From NCBI GenBank assembly GCA_902563335.1, contig CACEWU010000004.1:6932-70931 (forward strand): a DNA stretch of 64,000 nt. Direction: 5' to 3'. The position numbers and the translations under genes are program-made. The DNA is from an uncultured Prochlorococcus sp. (GTDB lineage Bacteria; Cyanobacteriota; Cyanobacteriia; PCC-6307; Cyanobiaceae). How positions within the stretch are numbered: position 1 is the first letter of the stretch; every line of letters starts with the position of its first letter. Of this stretch, positions 16,115 to 29,700 are shown in pieces. The notes beneath the pieces were generated by a model. That model was not told the origin of the DNA. It was given only the letters and a program-made list of their open reading frames with translations, and made no database searches.

Positions 16115-19100
16115 TTACTCTTCGTCATAATCAGATGCTCCAAGAGATTCATACGTTGGTCGACTCGGTGTACTCCGGCGAGGGTTCACATCTTGCATCA
16201 GGTCTACTTCTTTACCTTCATCGGTATAAACAGCAATATCTAAACCTAAGGATTGAAGCTCACGCATTAAAACTTTGAAAGATTCAGGAGTACCTGGTCT
16301 AGGTATAGGTTTTCCTTTGACAATTGCATTCAATGCCTCATTCCTACCTTGCATATCATCTGACTTAACGGTCAGCAGTTCCTGCAAGGTATATGCCGCC
16401 CCATATGCCTCAAGAGCCCATACCTCCATCTCACCAAGTCTCTGTCCACCCTGCTGAGCTTTACCACCTAAAGGCTGCTGAGTAACCAAAGAGTATGGTC
16501 CAGTTGAGCGAGCGTGAATCTTGTCATCAACCAAGTGCACTAATTTCAAAATCTGTGCATAACCAACAGTTACAGGTTGATCAAATGGCTCCCCTGATCG
16601 ACCATCAATCAATTGAAGTTTCCCTGGATTATCAGGGTTATAAACCCATTCTTTTCCGGGCTGCTTAGCTGCTTCCCTCAAATAGGCCTCAACTGTATGT
16701 TGTGACTTCTCAGCGCCATACATCTCATCAAAAGGAACAACCTTGACCCTGCAATCTAGATTTGCTGCTGCCCATCCCATTAGGCACTCAAACACCTGCC
16801 CAACATTCATTCTGCTTGGAACTCCAAGAGGATTCAAAACAATGTCAACAGGAGTGCCATCAGGCAAATAAGGCATATCTTCTCTAGGAAGGATTCGACT
16901 AATAATTCCCTTATTTCCATGACGGCCAGCCATCTTGTCCCCAACTTGAATCTTGCGACGTTGAGCGACATAAACACGTACAACCATGTTTGCACCGGGA
17001 GGCAATTCATCTCCTTGCTCTCTGGTATAAATTCGAACATCAACTACACGTCCACGCTCTGTACTTGGAACTCTTAGTGAGTTATCACGTACATCTCTAG
17101 CCTTTTCACCAAATATAGCCCTAAGAAGTTTCTCTTCAGGAGGCTGATCAGACTCGCCTTTAGGGGTAACTTTTCCAACAAGAATATCTCCACTTTCCAC
17201 AAAAGCACCTATTCGAATTATTCCCATTTCATCAAGATTTCCAAGGCTTTCCTCAGCTACATTTGGGATCTCTCTTGTAATTTCTTCAGGGCCAAGCTTT
17301 GTCTGACGGGCTTCTATTTCATACTTTTCAATATGTACTGATGTATATAAGTCATCTTTAACTAAACGCTCACTAACAAGTATTGCGTCCTCATAGTTAT
17401 ACCCTTCCCAAGGCATATAAGCTACTAATACATTCTGACCAAGTGCTATCTCTCCTCCTTCACAAGCCGACCCATCAGCTAAAACCTGTCCAACAATTAC
17501 AGGGTCTCCTTGCCTAACAATTGGACGCTGATTTAAACAGGTATCTTGATTAGAGCGCTGATATTTTTGCAGGTAATGGGTATGTTCTAAACCTTCTTCA
17601 TCTCGAACCACAATTGCTGTGGCATCTACAAAAACAACTGTTCCATTTACTCTTGAGATTGGCACCATTCCTGAATCTCTTGCTACTTGCGTTTCTAAAC
17701 CCGTTCCAACCAAAGGGCGTTCTGGACGAAGGAGAGGAACAGCCTGACGTTGCATGTTGGAACCCATAAGTGCTCTGTTTGCATCGTCATGCTCTAAGAA
17801 CGGAATCAAAGAAGTTGCAACCGATATAACCTGGACTGGAGATAATTGAACATAATCCACTTGTTCAGGCGGAACTTTTTCGAAATCTTGTCTATATCGC
17901 ACAGGTATTAACTCAGCAAGGATCCTTCCTTCACTGTCAGTAGCAACGTCACCAGGGGCTACTCGACACTCATCCTCTAAATCAGCAGAAAGATATATAG
18001 GCTTGCCATCTTTAATCAGGCGTCCATCCTCAACCTTCCAAAATGGGGTTTCTATAAAACCATATTGATTAACTCGTGCATGAGTAGCCAATGAATTAAT
18101 CAATCCTGCATTAGGACCTTCTGGGGTTTCAATTGGGCATAATCGTCCATAATGAGAAGGATGTATATCACGAACTGCAAATCCAGCTCTCTCTCTTGTA
18201 AGACCTCCTGGTCCTAATGCTGATATACGACGTTTATGTGTTAGCTCAGCCAAAGGATTTGTTTGATCCATAAATTGGCTAAGTTGACTAGATCCAAAAA
18301 ATTCCTTAATAGCAGCAACGAGTGGTTTTGGATTGACTAACTGTGCTGGTGTAAGGGAGTCAGTCTCACCCACAGTCATTCTCTCTTTAATAATTCTCTC
18401 CAACCTGTTCAATCCAACTCTGACTTGATTCTGAAGAAGCTCACCTACTGATCGCACTCTTCGATTTCCTAAATGATCAATATCGTCTAGACTTGCTCCA
18501 CCAATATCCAATTCTAAGTTGATCAGATAATCTAATGTTGACAAAACATCTTCATGAGTAAGAGTCCTAACTGTATCTGGAATTGTTAATCGCAATTTTT
18601 TATTTATCTTATAACGACCAACTCTTCCCAAGTCATAACGTTTTGGATCAAAAAATCTGGTCTGAAGTAACTGTTGTCCACCACTAACAGATGGAGGTTC
18701 TCCAGGACGAAGCTTCTTATAAAGTTCTAGCAAAGCTTGGTCTTCTGAACTAATTCCTTCCTCATTAGCGGCCTCAATTGACTTTTTATAATATTCTGGA
18801 TGTCGTAATTTATCTATAACATCATTGTCTGAAAGACCCATTGCCCTCATTAGGACATGGGCGTTGATTTTACGAGTCTTGTCAACACGCACATGTAGAA
18901 GATCGTTCTTATCAGTTTCAAATTTTAGCCATGCACCACGATTAGGAATAACACTTGCATTATAAGTTCTTCTACCATTCTTATCTTGCTCATCTTTGAA
19001 ATAAACTCCTGGACTACGAACAATCTGGTTAACTATTACTCTCTCTGCACCATTAATAATAAAAGTACCTCTTTCAGTCATTAGAGGCAATTCACCAATA

Positions 19101-19408
19101 AAAACTTCCTGCTCCTTTATTTCGCCAGTTTCCTTATTAACCAATCGACAAGTTACATACATTTGAGAGGCAAAAGTTGCATCTCTTCTTTTAGCTTCTT
19201 CTACATCATGTCGGGGCCTCTTTAAGCGATACTCACTCCCCACAAAATGAAGCTCCAGTTTTCCTGTGTAATCAGTTATTGGAGAAAAGCTCTCCAACTC
19301 CTCAATCAAACCCTTTTCTAAAAACCACTTAAAGCTCGCTCGTTGCACCTCAACCAAATCGGGAAGGTAAGTAGCGGTCTTGGCGACCTGAATCGCGCTA
19401 CTGCTCAT
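16115..19408 (-). CDS. rpoB: DNA-directed RNA polymerase subunit beta
   Basis: The 1097-aa protein carries conserved beta blocks ([30 protein letters not shown]). Confidence 0.97.
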   Translation of the reverse strand: MSSSAIQVAKTATYLPDLVEVQRASFKWFLEKGLIEELESFSPITDYTGKLELHFVGSEYRLKRPRHDVEEAKRRDATFASQMYVTCRLVNKETGEIKEQEVFIGELPLMTERGTFIINGAERVIVNQIVRSPGVYFKDEQDKNGRRTYNASVIPNRGAWLKFETDKNDLLHVRVDKTRKINAHVLMRAMGLSDNDVIDKLRHPEYYKKSIEAANEEGISSEDQALLELYKKLRPGEPPSVSGGQQLLQTRFFDPKRYDLGRVGRYKINKKLRLTIPDTVRTLTHEDVLSTLDYLINLELDIGGASLDDIDHLGNRRVRSVGELLQNQVRVGLNRLERIIKERMTVGETDSLTPAQLVNPKPLVAAIKEFFGSSQLSQFMDQTNPLAELTHKRRISALGPGGLTRERAGFAVRDIHPSHYGRLCPIETPEGPNAGLINSLATHARVNQYGFIETPFWKVEDGRLIKDGKPIYLSADLEDECRVAPGDVATDSEGRILAELIPVRYRQDFEKVPPEQVDYVQLSPVQVISVATSLIPFLEHDDANRALMGSNMQRQAVPLLRPERPLVGTGLETQVARDSGMVPISRVNGTVVFVDATAIVVRDEEGLEHTHYLQKYQRSNQDTCLNQRPIVRQGDPVIVGQVLADGSACEGGEIALGQNVLVAYMPWEGYNYEDAILVSERLVKDDLYTSVHIEKYEIEARQTKLGPEEITREIPNVAEESLGNLDEMGIIRIGAFVESGDILVGKVTPKGESDQPPEEKLLRAIFGEKARDVRDNSLRVPSTERGRVVDVRIYTREQGDELPPGANMVVRVYVAQRRKIQVGDKMAGRHGNKGIISRILPREDMPYLPDGTPVDIVLNPLGVPSRMNVGQVFECLMGWAAANLDCRVKVVPFDEMYGAEKSQHTVEAYLREAAKQPGKEWVYNPDNPGKLQLIDGRSGEPFDQPVTVGYAQILKLVHLVDDKIHARSTGPYSLVTQQPLGGKAQQGGQRLGEMEVWALEAYGAAYTLQELLTVKSDDMQGRNEALNAIVKGKPIPRPGTPESFKVLMRELQSLGLDIAVYTDEGKEVDLMQDVNPRRSTPSRPTYESLGASDYDEE

Positions 19409-19496
19409 GCGTAAACCTGCAGTTGAGGAGTTGGATTAAAAAGACCTGGGCTTGTGACGTGGAGCATGGAACCAATTTATTCAAGCAATGACAGCA

Positions 19497-19526
19497 GCAG
19501 CCATTCCCTTGAAAGGGAATGGCTGC
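19497..19526 (-). other. perfect 13-bp hairpin in the tatD-rpoB spacer
   Basis: GCAGCCATTCCCT/ttga/AGGGAATGGCTGC on the plus strand pairs 19497-19509 with 19514-19526. No T-run follows on the transcribed (minus) strand. Confidence 0.6.
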
Positions 19527-19694
19527 CATAGCTAAAAGCTTAATGAAGTTGATTCAGAAAAGCTGGCGTCAGCAAATGCACGTGAAGAGAATGGACGCTT
19601 CGGTTGGCAGAGACGAAGAAGGACCTCGTCACGACCAGGCCAATTATTGATCTTACACTTTAAATGTCCAATTAGATCTATAGATAATTAGTAA

Positions 19695-20477
19695 TCAAGG
19701 CAAGCCAAACAATTGCCTTGCATTAGCAGTACTCTTCATCGCAACAGATTTAAAGGATTCTTCTCGCAACTCAGCTATTCGAGCGGCAACGGCCTTGACA
19801 TAACTGGGCTCATTACGCTTACCCCTAAATGGTACTGGTGCCAAAAAAGGACAATCGGTCTCAATCAAGAATCGGTTCTCTGGAACCATACGAGCACAAG
19901 CATGCGTTGACTCAGCCTTGGAGAAAGTCACAGTTCCACTAAAACTGATGAAGAAACCAAGTTCAAGAAAAATCTCCATTTCCTTAGGTGTCCCACCCCA
20001 GCAATGCATCACTCCAGTTGGGCATCGACCAGCCTCATGAAGTTTCCGCAATTCCTTAGCCATTGGCACAGCCGCATCACGGCAATGAACAATCACAGGC
20101 AAACTCAATTCAAAGGCTAAGTCCAATTGCGGCCTCAAGACTGAAAGCTGTTCATCAAGATTTGAATCCCTAAAAAGATCTAATCCAAGCTCGCCAATAG
20201 CAACAACTCGAGCATCCTCCAAGGCTGCTGCTCGCAAAGTTGAAAGCGTTTCTTCTTTCCAGTGCTGCGTATCTAAAGGATGGACACCAACGGAATAACG
20301 TAATTCATCAAACCGATCAGCTAAAGCCCTAATAGCTGGAATCTCAGAAGGTTCAACACAAGCATGTAACAGGCTTTTAACGCCCGCAGCCCTCCAACGA
20401 GAAGCAACATCATCTATATCGTCATCAAAATTGCGAAAGACGATATGACAGTGACTATCTACAAGAGGTTCAGACAC
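19695..20477 (-). CDS. tatD: TatD family metal-dependent hydrolase/DNase
   Basis: The N-terminal VDSHCHI motif and the other TatD histidine/aspartate blocks (IGELGLD, VIVHCRDA, ETDCPFL) are present. Confidence 0.9.
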   Translation of the reverse strand: MSEPLVDSHCHIVFRNFDDDIDDVASRWRAAGVKSLLHACVEPSEIPAIRALADRFDELRYSVGVHPLDTQHWKEETLSTLRAAALEDARVVAIGELGLDLFRDSNLDEQLSVLRPQLDLAFELSLPVIVHCRDAAVPMAKELRKLHEAGRCPTGVMHCWGGTPKEMEIFLELGFFISFSGTVTFSKAESTHACARMVPENRFLIETDCPFLAPVPFRGKRNEPSYVKAVAARIAELREESFKSVAMKSTANARQLFGLP

Positions 20478-20567
20478 TATCTGAGGTTAAATAGTTTTCA
20501 AAGCTATTTTGCCTTGTAGATGTAAGTTTTTGATAGTGCAATAACAAGTTTTTTGAAAAAGATAATT

Positions 20568-20891
<324 letters not shown>

Positions 20892-20991
20892 TCACAAACA
20901 GACTACTCCAGAACGGATTGACCATGAACCTTCTGCATCAAGAACAAGACAACTAATGAGAAAAGGCTCTAGCTTAATTTGAGACTTTGGG

Positions 20992-22323
20992 TTGAAAAGA
21001 TTGAATGAGACAGGCCTTGCAAATTCGCAAACAGTCCGTTTGTTGAATAATCCCCTTGAAGTAAGGGAGCAACTAATCAAATTAACCAATCGCACTGCTG
21101 GGGATGCTCAGGAAAAAGCAATAGGAATAGTCAATGAAATTCTGAACAAGGTAAAAGCTGATGGAGACAAAGCTCTTATCGAATACACAGAAGCATTTGA
21201 TGGATTCACTCCACAACCTCTTCAACTTGATCGTGAGGCACTAATAGAGGCTTGGGAGAAAACCCCAAAACCTCTTCAAAACGCACTTGAACTAGCTCAT
21301 AGCCGTATCAAAGATTTTCATCAAAAACAAATACCAGCTGATATCAAATTAAAAGGCTGTGACGGCGAAATACTTGGTCGACGTTGGAGCCCAGTTCAAA
21401 AAGCGGGTATTTACATCCCAGGGGGGAGAGCTTCTTATCCGAGCTCAGTATTAATGAATGCGATACCCGCTGCAGTCGCAGGAGTTAAAGAAATTGTGAT
21501 GGTATCCCCTGCAGGTCAAGACGGAAAAATAAACACTATTGTTCTAGCAGCAGCATATTTAGCTAACGTAAATAAGGTTTTCCGCATCGGTGGTGCACAA
21601 GCAATCGCTGCACTTGCCTTTGGTACAGAAACCGTTCCAAGAGTTGACGTAATTAGTGGACCAGGAAATATTTATGTCACTCTTGCTAAAAAATCAGTCT
21701 ACGGAAAAGTAGGAATCGACTCACTAGCAGGTCCAAGTGAGGTATTAATTATTGCTGATCACACAGCCAAGTCAAAACAGGTTGCTGTTGATCTACTTGC
21801 ACAAGCAGAACACGATCCCCTAGCCGCAACAGTTCTCCTGACCACAGAATATAGTCTTGCCGAAGCTGTAATTTCAGAAATCAAACACCAACTAAAAGAC
21901 CACCCAAGATCAGAAATATGTATAAAATCGCTTAAAGATTGGAGCTTAATTGCTGTTTGTGAAAACCTTGATTCCTGTGTTGAACTAAGCAATCTTTTTG
22001 CACCAGAACACCTTGAATTATTAGTTGAGTCCCCCAATCAAATAGTTGACAAGATAAACAATGCCGGGGCAATTTTTATAGGCGAATGGTCACCAGAAGC
22101 AGTTGGCGACTATTTGGCTGGACCAAATCACACCCTCCCTACATCAGGTACTGCAAGGTTCTGCGGAGCACTTTGTGTAGAAACTTTTATGAAAAGTACT
22201 TCTTTAATCGAGTTCAACGAAACTGCATTTAAAAATACTTATGAGGCAGTAATAGAGTTAGCTAGAAGTGAAGGTTTACATAGCCATTCTGAATCAATAA
22301 TCATCCGAACCAATCAAAAATAA
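20992..22323 (+). CDS. hisD: histidinol dehydrogenase
   Basis: HisD blocks are present ([34 protein letters not shown]). The 5' end is uncertain: the ORF-track start is TTG, and the true start may be a few codons downstream. Confidence 0.9.
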   Translation: MKRLNETGLANSQTVRLLNNPLEVREQLIKLTNRTAGDAQEKAIGIVNEILNKVKADGDKALIEYTEAFDGFTPQPLQLDREALIEAWEKTPKPLQNALELAHSRIKDFHQKQIPADIKLKGCDGEILGRRWSPVQKAGIYIPGGRASYPSSVLMNAIPAAVAGVKEIVMVSPAGQDGKINTIVLAAAYLANVNKVFRIGGAQAIAALAFGTETVPRVDVISGPGNIYVTLAKKSVYGKVGIDSLAGPSEVLIIADHTAKSKQVAVDLLAQAEHDPLAATVLLTTEYSLAEAVISEIKHQLKDHPRSEICIKSLKDWSLIAVCENLDSCVELSNLFAPEHLELLVESPNQIVDKINNAGAIFIGEWSPEAVGDYLAGPNHTLPTSGTARFCGALCVETFMKSTSLIEFNETAFKNTYEAVIELARSEGLHSHSESIIIRTNQK

Positions 22324-22324
22324 A

Positions 22325-23050
22325 CTAACTTCTTCTTAAACTCTTAACTCCTGCCACACCATTAACAATTTCTCCAACCAATACTTCATCAGCAAGGTCA
22401 ATGAAAAGTCCATTTTCAAGAACTCCAGGAATATTATTAATTTCTTTCTCAAGTATCTCTGGATTTTGAATGCCATTCTCCATTCTCAAATCAAGGACAA
22501 GATTTCCCTGATCAGTAACAACAGGACCAGCCTTTCGTTGAGCCATCCGCAAATCAGCTCGCCCACCCAACTGAGCTAATCGAGTTTTTACTTGAGACCA
22601 AGCCGAGGGCAAAACCTCTACAGGCAATAGAAATCCAACATTGAGCCTTTCAACAAGCTTGGTGGAATCAACAACTATCACAAATCTCTTGGCCATGCTC
22701 GCTACAAGCTTTTCCTGCACATGACATGCTCCGCCACCTTTGATCAATTGAAAGGCTGGGTCAACTTCATCTGCTCCATCAATAGCTAAATCAATGTGTT
22801 CTACTGCAGAGACATTCCGCAACGGAATTCCTAATTCTGAAGCTAGAACTTCACCTTGAAAAGACGTTGTGACTCCAACAATATCTCTTAACTCACCTGA
22901 AGAAATTTTTGCCCCAACAGCCCTAATCATTAGAGCAGCGGTTGAACCTGAGCCAAGTCCAAGAATCATCCCATTGCGAATTTTCTCAACAGCTGCCTCT
23001 GCTACAGCCTTTTTCATCTGGTTTTGAAGATCAGCAGTCTCAGCCATCAT
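22325..23050 (-). CDS. rpiA: ribose-5-phosphate isomerase A
   Basis: The [12 protein letters not shown] and DGADEVD motifs are present. Confidence 0.92.
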   Translation of the reverse strand: MMAETADLQNQMKKAVAEAAVEKIRNGMILGLGSGSTAALMIRAVGAKISSGELRDIVGVTTSFQGEVLASELGIPLRNVSAVEHIDLAIDGADEVDPAFQLIKGGGACHVQEKLVASMAKRFVIVVDSTKLVERLNVGFLLPVEVLPSAWSQVKTRLAQLGGRADLRMAQRKAGPVVTDQGNLVLDLRMENGIQNPEILEKEINNIPGVLENGLFIDLADEVLVGEIVNGVAGVKSLRRS

Positions 23051-23084
23051 TAAAAGAATCTACGGCGTGACCGTAGCAAAACTT

Positions 23085-24227
<1,143 letters not shown>

Positions 24228-24485
24228 TCAGAGGAATGATTATCGCAAAGATGATAGACAAACAGCAATCCTCGAAAGCTATATGACTACAAATCAAATG
24301 GGAATGTTCTTTATATGTGCAAATTAGACCTCAGGCACCCAATCTTTAACAAAATCTATTGTCAGCACTCATACAAAAACGCTAACCCATAACGTATTAT
24401 TAAAGTCAGCCTGGCGGTTACCTCCCTAGGGAGACAGGTCATCACTGAAACCGGTCGGGCAAGAAGTCCGATCAGTCAAAGTCTC

Positions 24486-24953
24486 TTGTCAATTACTAAC
24501 CTCACGGACCTGGAGAGCCTCACCACTGAGACTGCCTCTGAAAATGGCTTCGAGCTTTGCTCTCTGCAATTACTCACTAATCTCATCCCAATAACCATGC
24601 AGGTGCAAATTCGCCACATGGGAGGCAAAGATGTTTCGCTTGACGACTGTGCTCGTTTTAGCCAGAAGATGAGTGAGGTCCTAGAAACATCCCAATTACT
24701 CAAAGGAGCCTATGTCCTTGAAATAAGTAGTCCTGGCATCAGCGAACAGCTCATGAGCGATCGTGATTTTCAAACCTTCAAAGGCTTTCCTGTTGAAGTC
24801 ATCTTTAAAGACGGCAACAACTTGGAATCATCTCGAACAGGACTATTGCACAACAGATCCAGCCAACATGTACAACTCAATATCAAAGGAAGAATGAACT
24901 CAATTCCCCGTGAAAGTGTAATTGGGGTGCGCCTAACAAGTCCCAAGTCTTAA
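24486..24953 (+). CDS. rimP: ribosome maturation factor RimP
   Basis: The gene sits directly upstream of nusA. It has the RimP-like N-terminus (ENGFELCSLQLL) and the EISSPGI motif. The start is TTG. Confidence 0.85.
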   Translation: MSITNLTDLESLTTETASENGFELCSLQLLTNLIPITMQVQIRHMGGKDVSLDDCARFSQKMSEVLETSQLLKGAYVLEISSPGISEQLMSDRDFQTFKGFPVEVIFKDGNNLESSRTGLLHNRSSQHVQLNIKGRMNSIPRESVIGVRLTSPKS

Positions 24954-25010
24954 TTAATTAAAGAGCATCACTGACTCAAACGATTTCACTTCTTCCTTCC
25001 CCCATCATCG

Positions 25011-26423
25011 ATGGCACTAGTTCTACTCCCCGGCCTCAACAATCTGATCGAAGATATAAGTGAGGAGAAGAAACTCCCCACACAAGTTGTAGAGGCAGCT
25101 CTTAGAGAAGCCTTGCTCAAAGGATATGAAAGATATAGAAGAACTCTTTATCTAGGTATCACAGAAGATCCATTTGAAGAGGAGTATTTTAGTAATTTTG
25201 ATGTAGGGCTTGACCTCGAAGAGGAAGGTTACAGAGTTCTAGCAAGCAAGATTATTGTGGAAGAGGTTGAGAGCGAAGATCACCAAATTGCCCTTAATGA
25301 GGTAATGCAAGTAGCTGAAGATGCACAAATTGGAGACACTGTTGTCCTCGATGTAACCCCAGAAAAAGAAGATTTCGGGAGAATGGCAGCAGCGACTACG
25401 AAGCAAGTTCTGGCGCAAAAACTACGCGACCAGCAAAGAAGAATGATTCAAGAAGAGTTTGCAGATCTAGAAGATCCTGTTTTAACTGCAAGGGTTATTC
25501 GTTTTGAACGTCAATCAATAATTATGGCTGTAAGTTCTGGAATCGGAAGACCAGAAGTAGAAGCTGAACTTCCACGTCGTGATCAACTTCCAAATGATAA
25601 CTATCGGGCGAACGCAACTTTTAAGGTCTTTCTCAAAGAAGTAAGTGAAGTTCCCAGACGGGGACCACAACTTTTTGTAAGCAGATCAAATGCTGGACTA
25701 GTTGTTTATCTATTTGAGAATGAAGTGCCTGAAATCCAAGAGGGATCTGTTCGCATTGTTGCTGTAGCTAGAGAAGCGAACCCTCCATCTCGCTCGGTTG
25801 GCCCACGAACAAAAGTTGCCGTTGACAGTATCGAACGCGAAGTCGATCCTGTTGGTGCTTGCATTGGGGCACGCGGGTCACGAATACAGCAAGTAGTTAA
25901 CGAGCTTCGTGGTGAAAAGATTGATGTAATCCGCTGGTCAGCTGACCCTAGTCAATACATATCTAATTCGCTAAGTCCAGCCAGAGTTGAAGTCGTGCGC
26001 CTAGTTGATCCAGAAGGGCAACATGCCCATGTTCTTGTCCCCCCTGATCAACTGAGCCTTGCCATTGGAAGAGAAGGGCAGAATGTGCGACTTGCCGCAA
26101 GACTTACTGGTTGGAAAATAGATATCAAGAATTCTCAAGAATATGATCAAGCAACTGAAGATTCATCAGTTGCAGAATTAATCGCTCAGAGGGAAGAAGA
26201 AGAAGCCTTACAGAGAGAAGCTGAAGAACGACTCGCTGCAGAACAAGCAACTCGTGCTGAGGAAGATGCCAGATTAAGAGAGCTCTATCCTCTCCCAGAA
26301 GATGAAGATGAATATGTGCAAGAGCAAACTAATGAAACAGACAATTCTTTAGAGGAATTGCCTCAAACTGATGAAGAAGTGAATAATGAACAAACCTCTA
26401 TCGAAGAGGATGGAGCCCGGTGA
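25011..26423 (+). CDS. nusA: transcription termination/antitermination factor NusA
   Basis: The S1/KH region (DPVGACIGARGSRIQQVVNELRGEKIDVI, LAIGREGQNVRLAARLTGWKIDI) is followed by an acidic tail. Confidence 0.95.
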   Translation: MALVLLPGLNNLIEDISEEKKLPTQVVEAALREALLKGYERYRRTLYLGITEDPFEEEYFSNFDVGLDLEEEGYRVLASKIIVEEVESEDHQIALNEVMQVAEDAQIGDTVVLDVTPEKEDFGRMAAATTKQVLAQKLRDQQRRMIQEEFADLEDPVLTARVIRFERQSIIMAVSSGIGRPEVEAELPRRDQLPNDNYRANATFKVFLKEVSEVPRRGPQLFVSRSNAGLVVYLFENEVPEIQEGSVRIVAVAREANPPSRSVGPRTKVAVDSIEREVDPVGACIGARGSRIQQVVNELRGEKIDVIRWSADPSQYISNSLSPARVEVVRLVDPEGQHAHVLVPPDQLSLAIGREGQNVRLAARLTGWKIDIKNSQEYDQATEDSSVAELIAQREEEEALQREAEERLAAEQATRAEEDARLRELYPLPEDEDEYVQEQTNETDNSLEELPQTDEEVNNEQTSIEEDGAR

Positions 26424-26698
26424 ACCAACGTCCCGTCCTGCGTCGCTGCGTTGCTTGTAAAAAACTGCTGAACCGTCAGCAACTTTTGAAAGTGACACGT
26501 GATTATCAGGAAGGAGTAGTTCTCGAAGGGGGGATAGGCAGATCAGCCTATTTATGTCCAAATGAGGACTGCTTCCAAGAGTCCTGGCGCCGCAAACGTT
26601 TGCAGAAGGCCCTGCGTTGTCAGGTCCCAAACAACGTTATAGAGGCGCTGCATGAGCAGCTAAAAAACTGCAATTCTTCAGCCGCTGAGGCAAGATGA
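26420..26698 (+). CDS. ylxR: YlxR/DUF448 family RNA-binding protein
   Basis: The RRCVACKKLLNRQQLLKV motif is present. The GTG start overlaps the nusA stop, and the gene holds the canonical position between nusA and infB. Confidence 0.8.
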   Translation: MNQRPVLRRCVACKKLLNRQQLLKVTRDYQEGVVLEGGIGRSAYLCPNEDCFQESWRRKRLQKALRCQVPNNVIEALHEQLKNCNSSAAEAR

Positions 26699-26765
26699 AC
26701 CATGGCCCCACCACGAGTGGAGCCCCGAGGCACTTGGTTAGTGCCCGGACCGACAGGAGAACTTA

Positions 26766-29700
26766 ATGACCAGCAATGGCAAAATCAGGATTTATGAGCT
26801 CTCCAGAGACTTAGGTCTGGAAAATAGAGACGTGCTTGATGCTGCCAATAAGCTTTCAATAGCAGCAAAAAGCCATAGCAGCTCTATAAGTGATGAAGAA
26901 GCAAAGCGAATAACTGCCCATTTGCGTTCTGGCAAAAGTAGTGACACAAGCACCAAAAACAAAGCCCAAACAGGGAAAGTAATTCTTTCGGTAAAAAAAG
27001 CCTCTAAGCCCCCTCTTAAGGCAAATGCAGCGACTAAAGCTGAAAGTACAAAAAGCAATACTGGGATTCCAAGCAAGCCCGCTGCCCCTCTAAAACCATC
27101 TGAGCCCTCTCGACCAAAAGAACAATCTTCTACTCAGACTTCTCAACATAAAAATCAAGGAAATATTGCTCAAGCAACTCCCAAAAACAATTCTGTTTCT
27201 TCAAAAACAGCTAGTGCTCCTGTCAGTCGACCATCGCTCCAAAGCAAACCAGTAGCTTCTGCTCCAAAACAAACTCCATCCAAACCAACTTCACCTCTAC
27301 GGCCAAACCTAATAAGCAAATCCTCAGGCACAAACAAACCCTCTAACCCCGAAATATCAAGACCAGCAGGAGCTTCTTCCTCTCAACGTCCCACAATAGT
27401 TTCAAAGCCCCAATCACCCTCAACGACTACTAGCAAAAAAACACCCACTCCAGCTCAGCGACAACACTCCAAACCTGAACTAGTTGGCAAACCCCAACCC
27501 AAACGTCCCATAGCGCCTCCTACTAGACCTGAAGGACAAAGAGAAGACAAAAAACGAGGGACAACAAGTCCGAGGTCCATTGGAACACCCTCTAATCAGC
27601 GGGGCAATATGCCTCAAAGGCCTGGAACAGCTCCCCAACGCCCTGGAGCACCTCAAAGACCCGGCACAGCTCAGCGTCCTGGAGCACCGCAAAGACCTGG
27701 CTCAGCTCAGCGTCCTGGAGCACCGCAAAGACCTGGCTCAGCTCAGCGTCCTGGTGGAGCACCGCAAAGACCTGGAACAGCTCCTCAACGACCTGGAGCA
27801 CCTCGCCAAAATGGACCAATTCGCCAAGGATCTCCAAACAAACAAGGTCAAGCGCGCTCTTCTGGCAACACACTCGAATTAGTTGGGAAACCAATTAGAC
27901 GGGACAGATCAGGGAACGGTCCCGGACAAAGAGATGGTGGGAACAGACAGTCCCCATCAACTCGTCAAGGAATGCCTTCTGGCATGCGCAAACCAGTTGC
28001 ACCAGGTGAATTGATGCAACTACAAAAACCCACTGGGCGCCCTGGGGCCCCTCCTCCACGCAGACCTGATGGCACAAGTGTTGGTGCTGGCACTCGAGGT
28101 ACTCAAGAAGGAGCCAAGCCACCAGCAAATAGACCTACCCCTGCCCCTGGGCCTAAGAGACCTACACATAGACCAGGATCAGGTCCTGCAGGTTCACCAA
28201 GGAGGCCAGGGAGACCTGATTGGGATGACAGCGCAAAACTTGAAGCACTACGCAATAAATCCCCACAAAAACAACGTCAAAAAGTCCATATCATTGGAGA
28301 AAATGATGATGCACTTACCACTCAAACAAGTGGATTCGCTGGAGAAAAACAAGCTGTTGTTCTTTCTGCAAGTTTAGCTCGTCCATCTAAGCCCAAATCC
28401 TCACAAAAGGGAGCTACAAAGCCAATTGCGGCAATACGCAAAAGGAAGAAAGAAACAACCCGCCAAAGACAACGAAGGAGAGCAATGGAGCTTCGTGCAG
28501 CACGCGAAGCAAAACAAGTACGGCCAGAAATGATAATTGTCCCCGAGGCCAATCTCACTGTTCAAGAGTTGGCAGACATGCTGAGTGTCGAGAGTTCAGA
28601 GATCATCAAATCTCTTTTCTTCAAAGGAATAACCGCAACAGTTACTCAATCCTTAGATCTACCAACAATAGAAACAGTTGCAGATGAGTTTGGAGTACCT
28701 GTTCTTCAAGACGATATCGAAGAAGCAGCCAAGAAAACTGCAGAAATGATCGAGGAAACTGACCTAGCTCACCTCATAAGAAGACCTCCAGTCGTGACCG
28801 TAATGGGTCACGTTGACCACGGTAAAACAAGTTTGCTAGATGCCATTCGCAAAGCCAGGGTCGCCGCCGGAGAAGCAGGAGGTATAACCCAACACATTGG
28901 TGCCTATCAAGTTGAAATAAACCACAGCGACGAGCCCAGGAAACTCACTTTCTTGGATACACCAGGTCACGAAGCTTTCACAGCGATGAGAGCTCGAGGA
29001 ACAAAAGTTACCGACGTAGCGATTCTGGTAGTAGCCGCTGATGATGGAGTCCGGCCACAAACACTAGAAGCCATTAGTCATGCTCGCGCAGCTGAGGTAC
29101 CAATAGTCGTAGCCATTAATAAAATCGACAAAGAAGGCTCCTCTCCAGACAGAGTCAAACAAGAACTCTCAGACCAAGAACTCCTTGCAGAAGACTGGGG
29201 TGGAGACGTTGTGATGGTTCCTGTAAGTGCAATCAAGGGAGAAAACATTGAGAAGCTCTTAGAAATGCTCCTTCTTGTTACTGATGTTGAGGACCTCCAA
29301 GCCAATCCTGACCGCCTAGCAAAGGGCACAGTCATAGAAGCTCACCTAGACAAAGCAAAAGGTCCTGTTGCCACACTCCTAATTCAAAATGGCACTCTCA
29401 ATACAGGTGATGTTCTCACTGCAGGACCAGTGCTTGGAAAAGTGAGAGCAATGGTCGATGAAAACGGCTCTCGCCTCAAGCAAGCTGGTCCATCATGTGC
29501 AGTTGAAGCACTTGGATTTAACGAAGTCCCTACTGCAGGAGATGAATTCGAAGTTTATCCAGATGAGAAATCTGCCAGAGCTGTTGTAGGAGAGAGAGCC
29601 TCAGATGCCAGAGCTACACGATTAGCTCAACAAATGGCCTCAAGACGAGTATCTCTCTCAGCAATTTCAGGCCAAGCAAGTGAAGGCGAACTTAAGGAAT

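Noticed and set aside
20892-21095. A 67-aa minus-strand ORF lies in and overlaps the rpsT-hisD divergent region.
   Set aside because: It overlaps the hisD 5' coding region on the opposite strand and has no motifs, so it is likely spurious.
24400-24485. A GC-richer segment with small palindromes (CCCTAGGG, TCGGG..TCCGA) just upstream of rimP was considered as a possible SRP RNA or other sRNA.
   Set aside because: It lacks the SRP domain IV motifs (GGAA tetraloop with flanking AGCA/GGUCC context). The stems are short, so it is most simply the rimP-nusA-infB leader.
27580-27894. Two 100-aa ORFs, on the plus and minus strands, have striking [12 protein letters not shown] / [12 protein letters not shown] repeats.
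   Set aside because: They are alternative-frame and antisense readings of the in-frame PQRPG tandem repeat inside infB. The periodicity comes from the DNA repeat, not from an independent gene.
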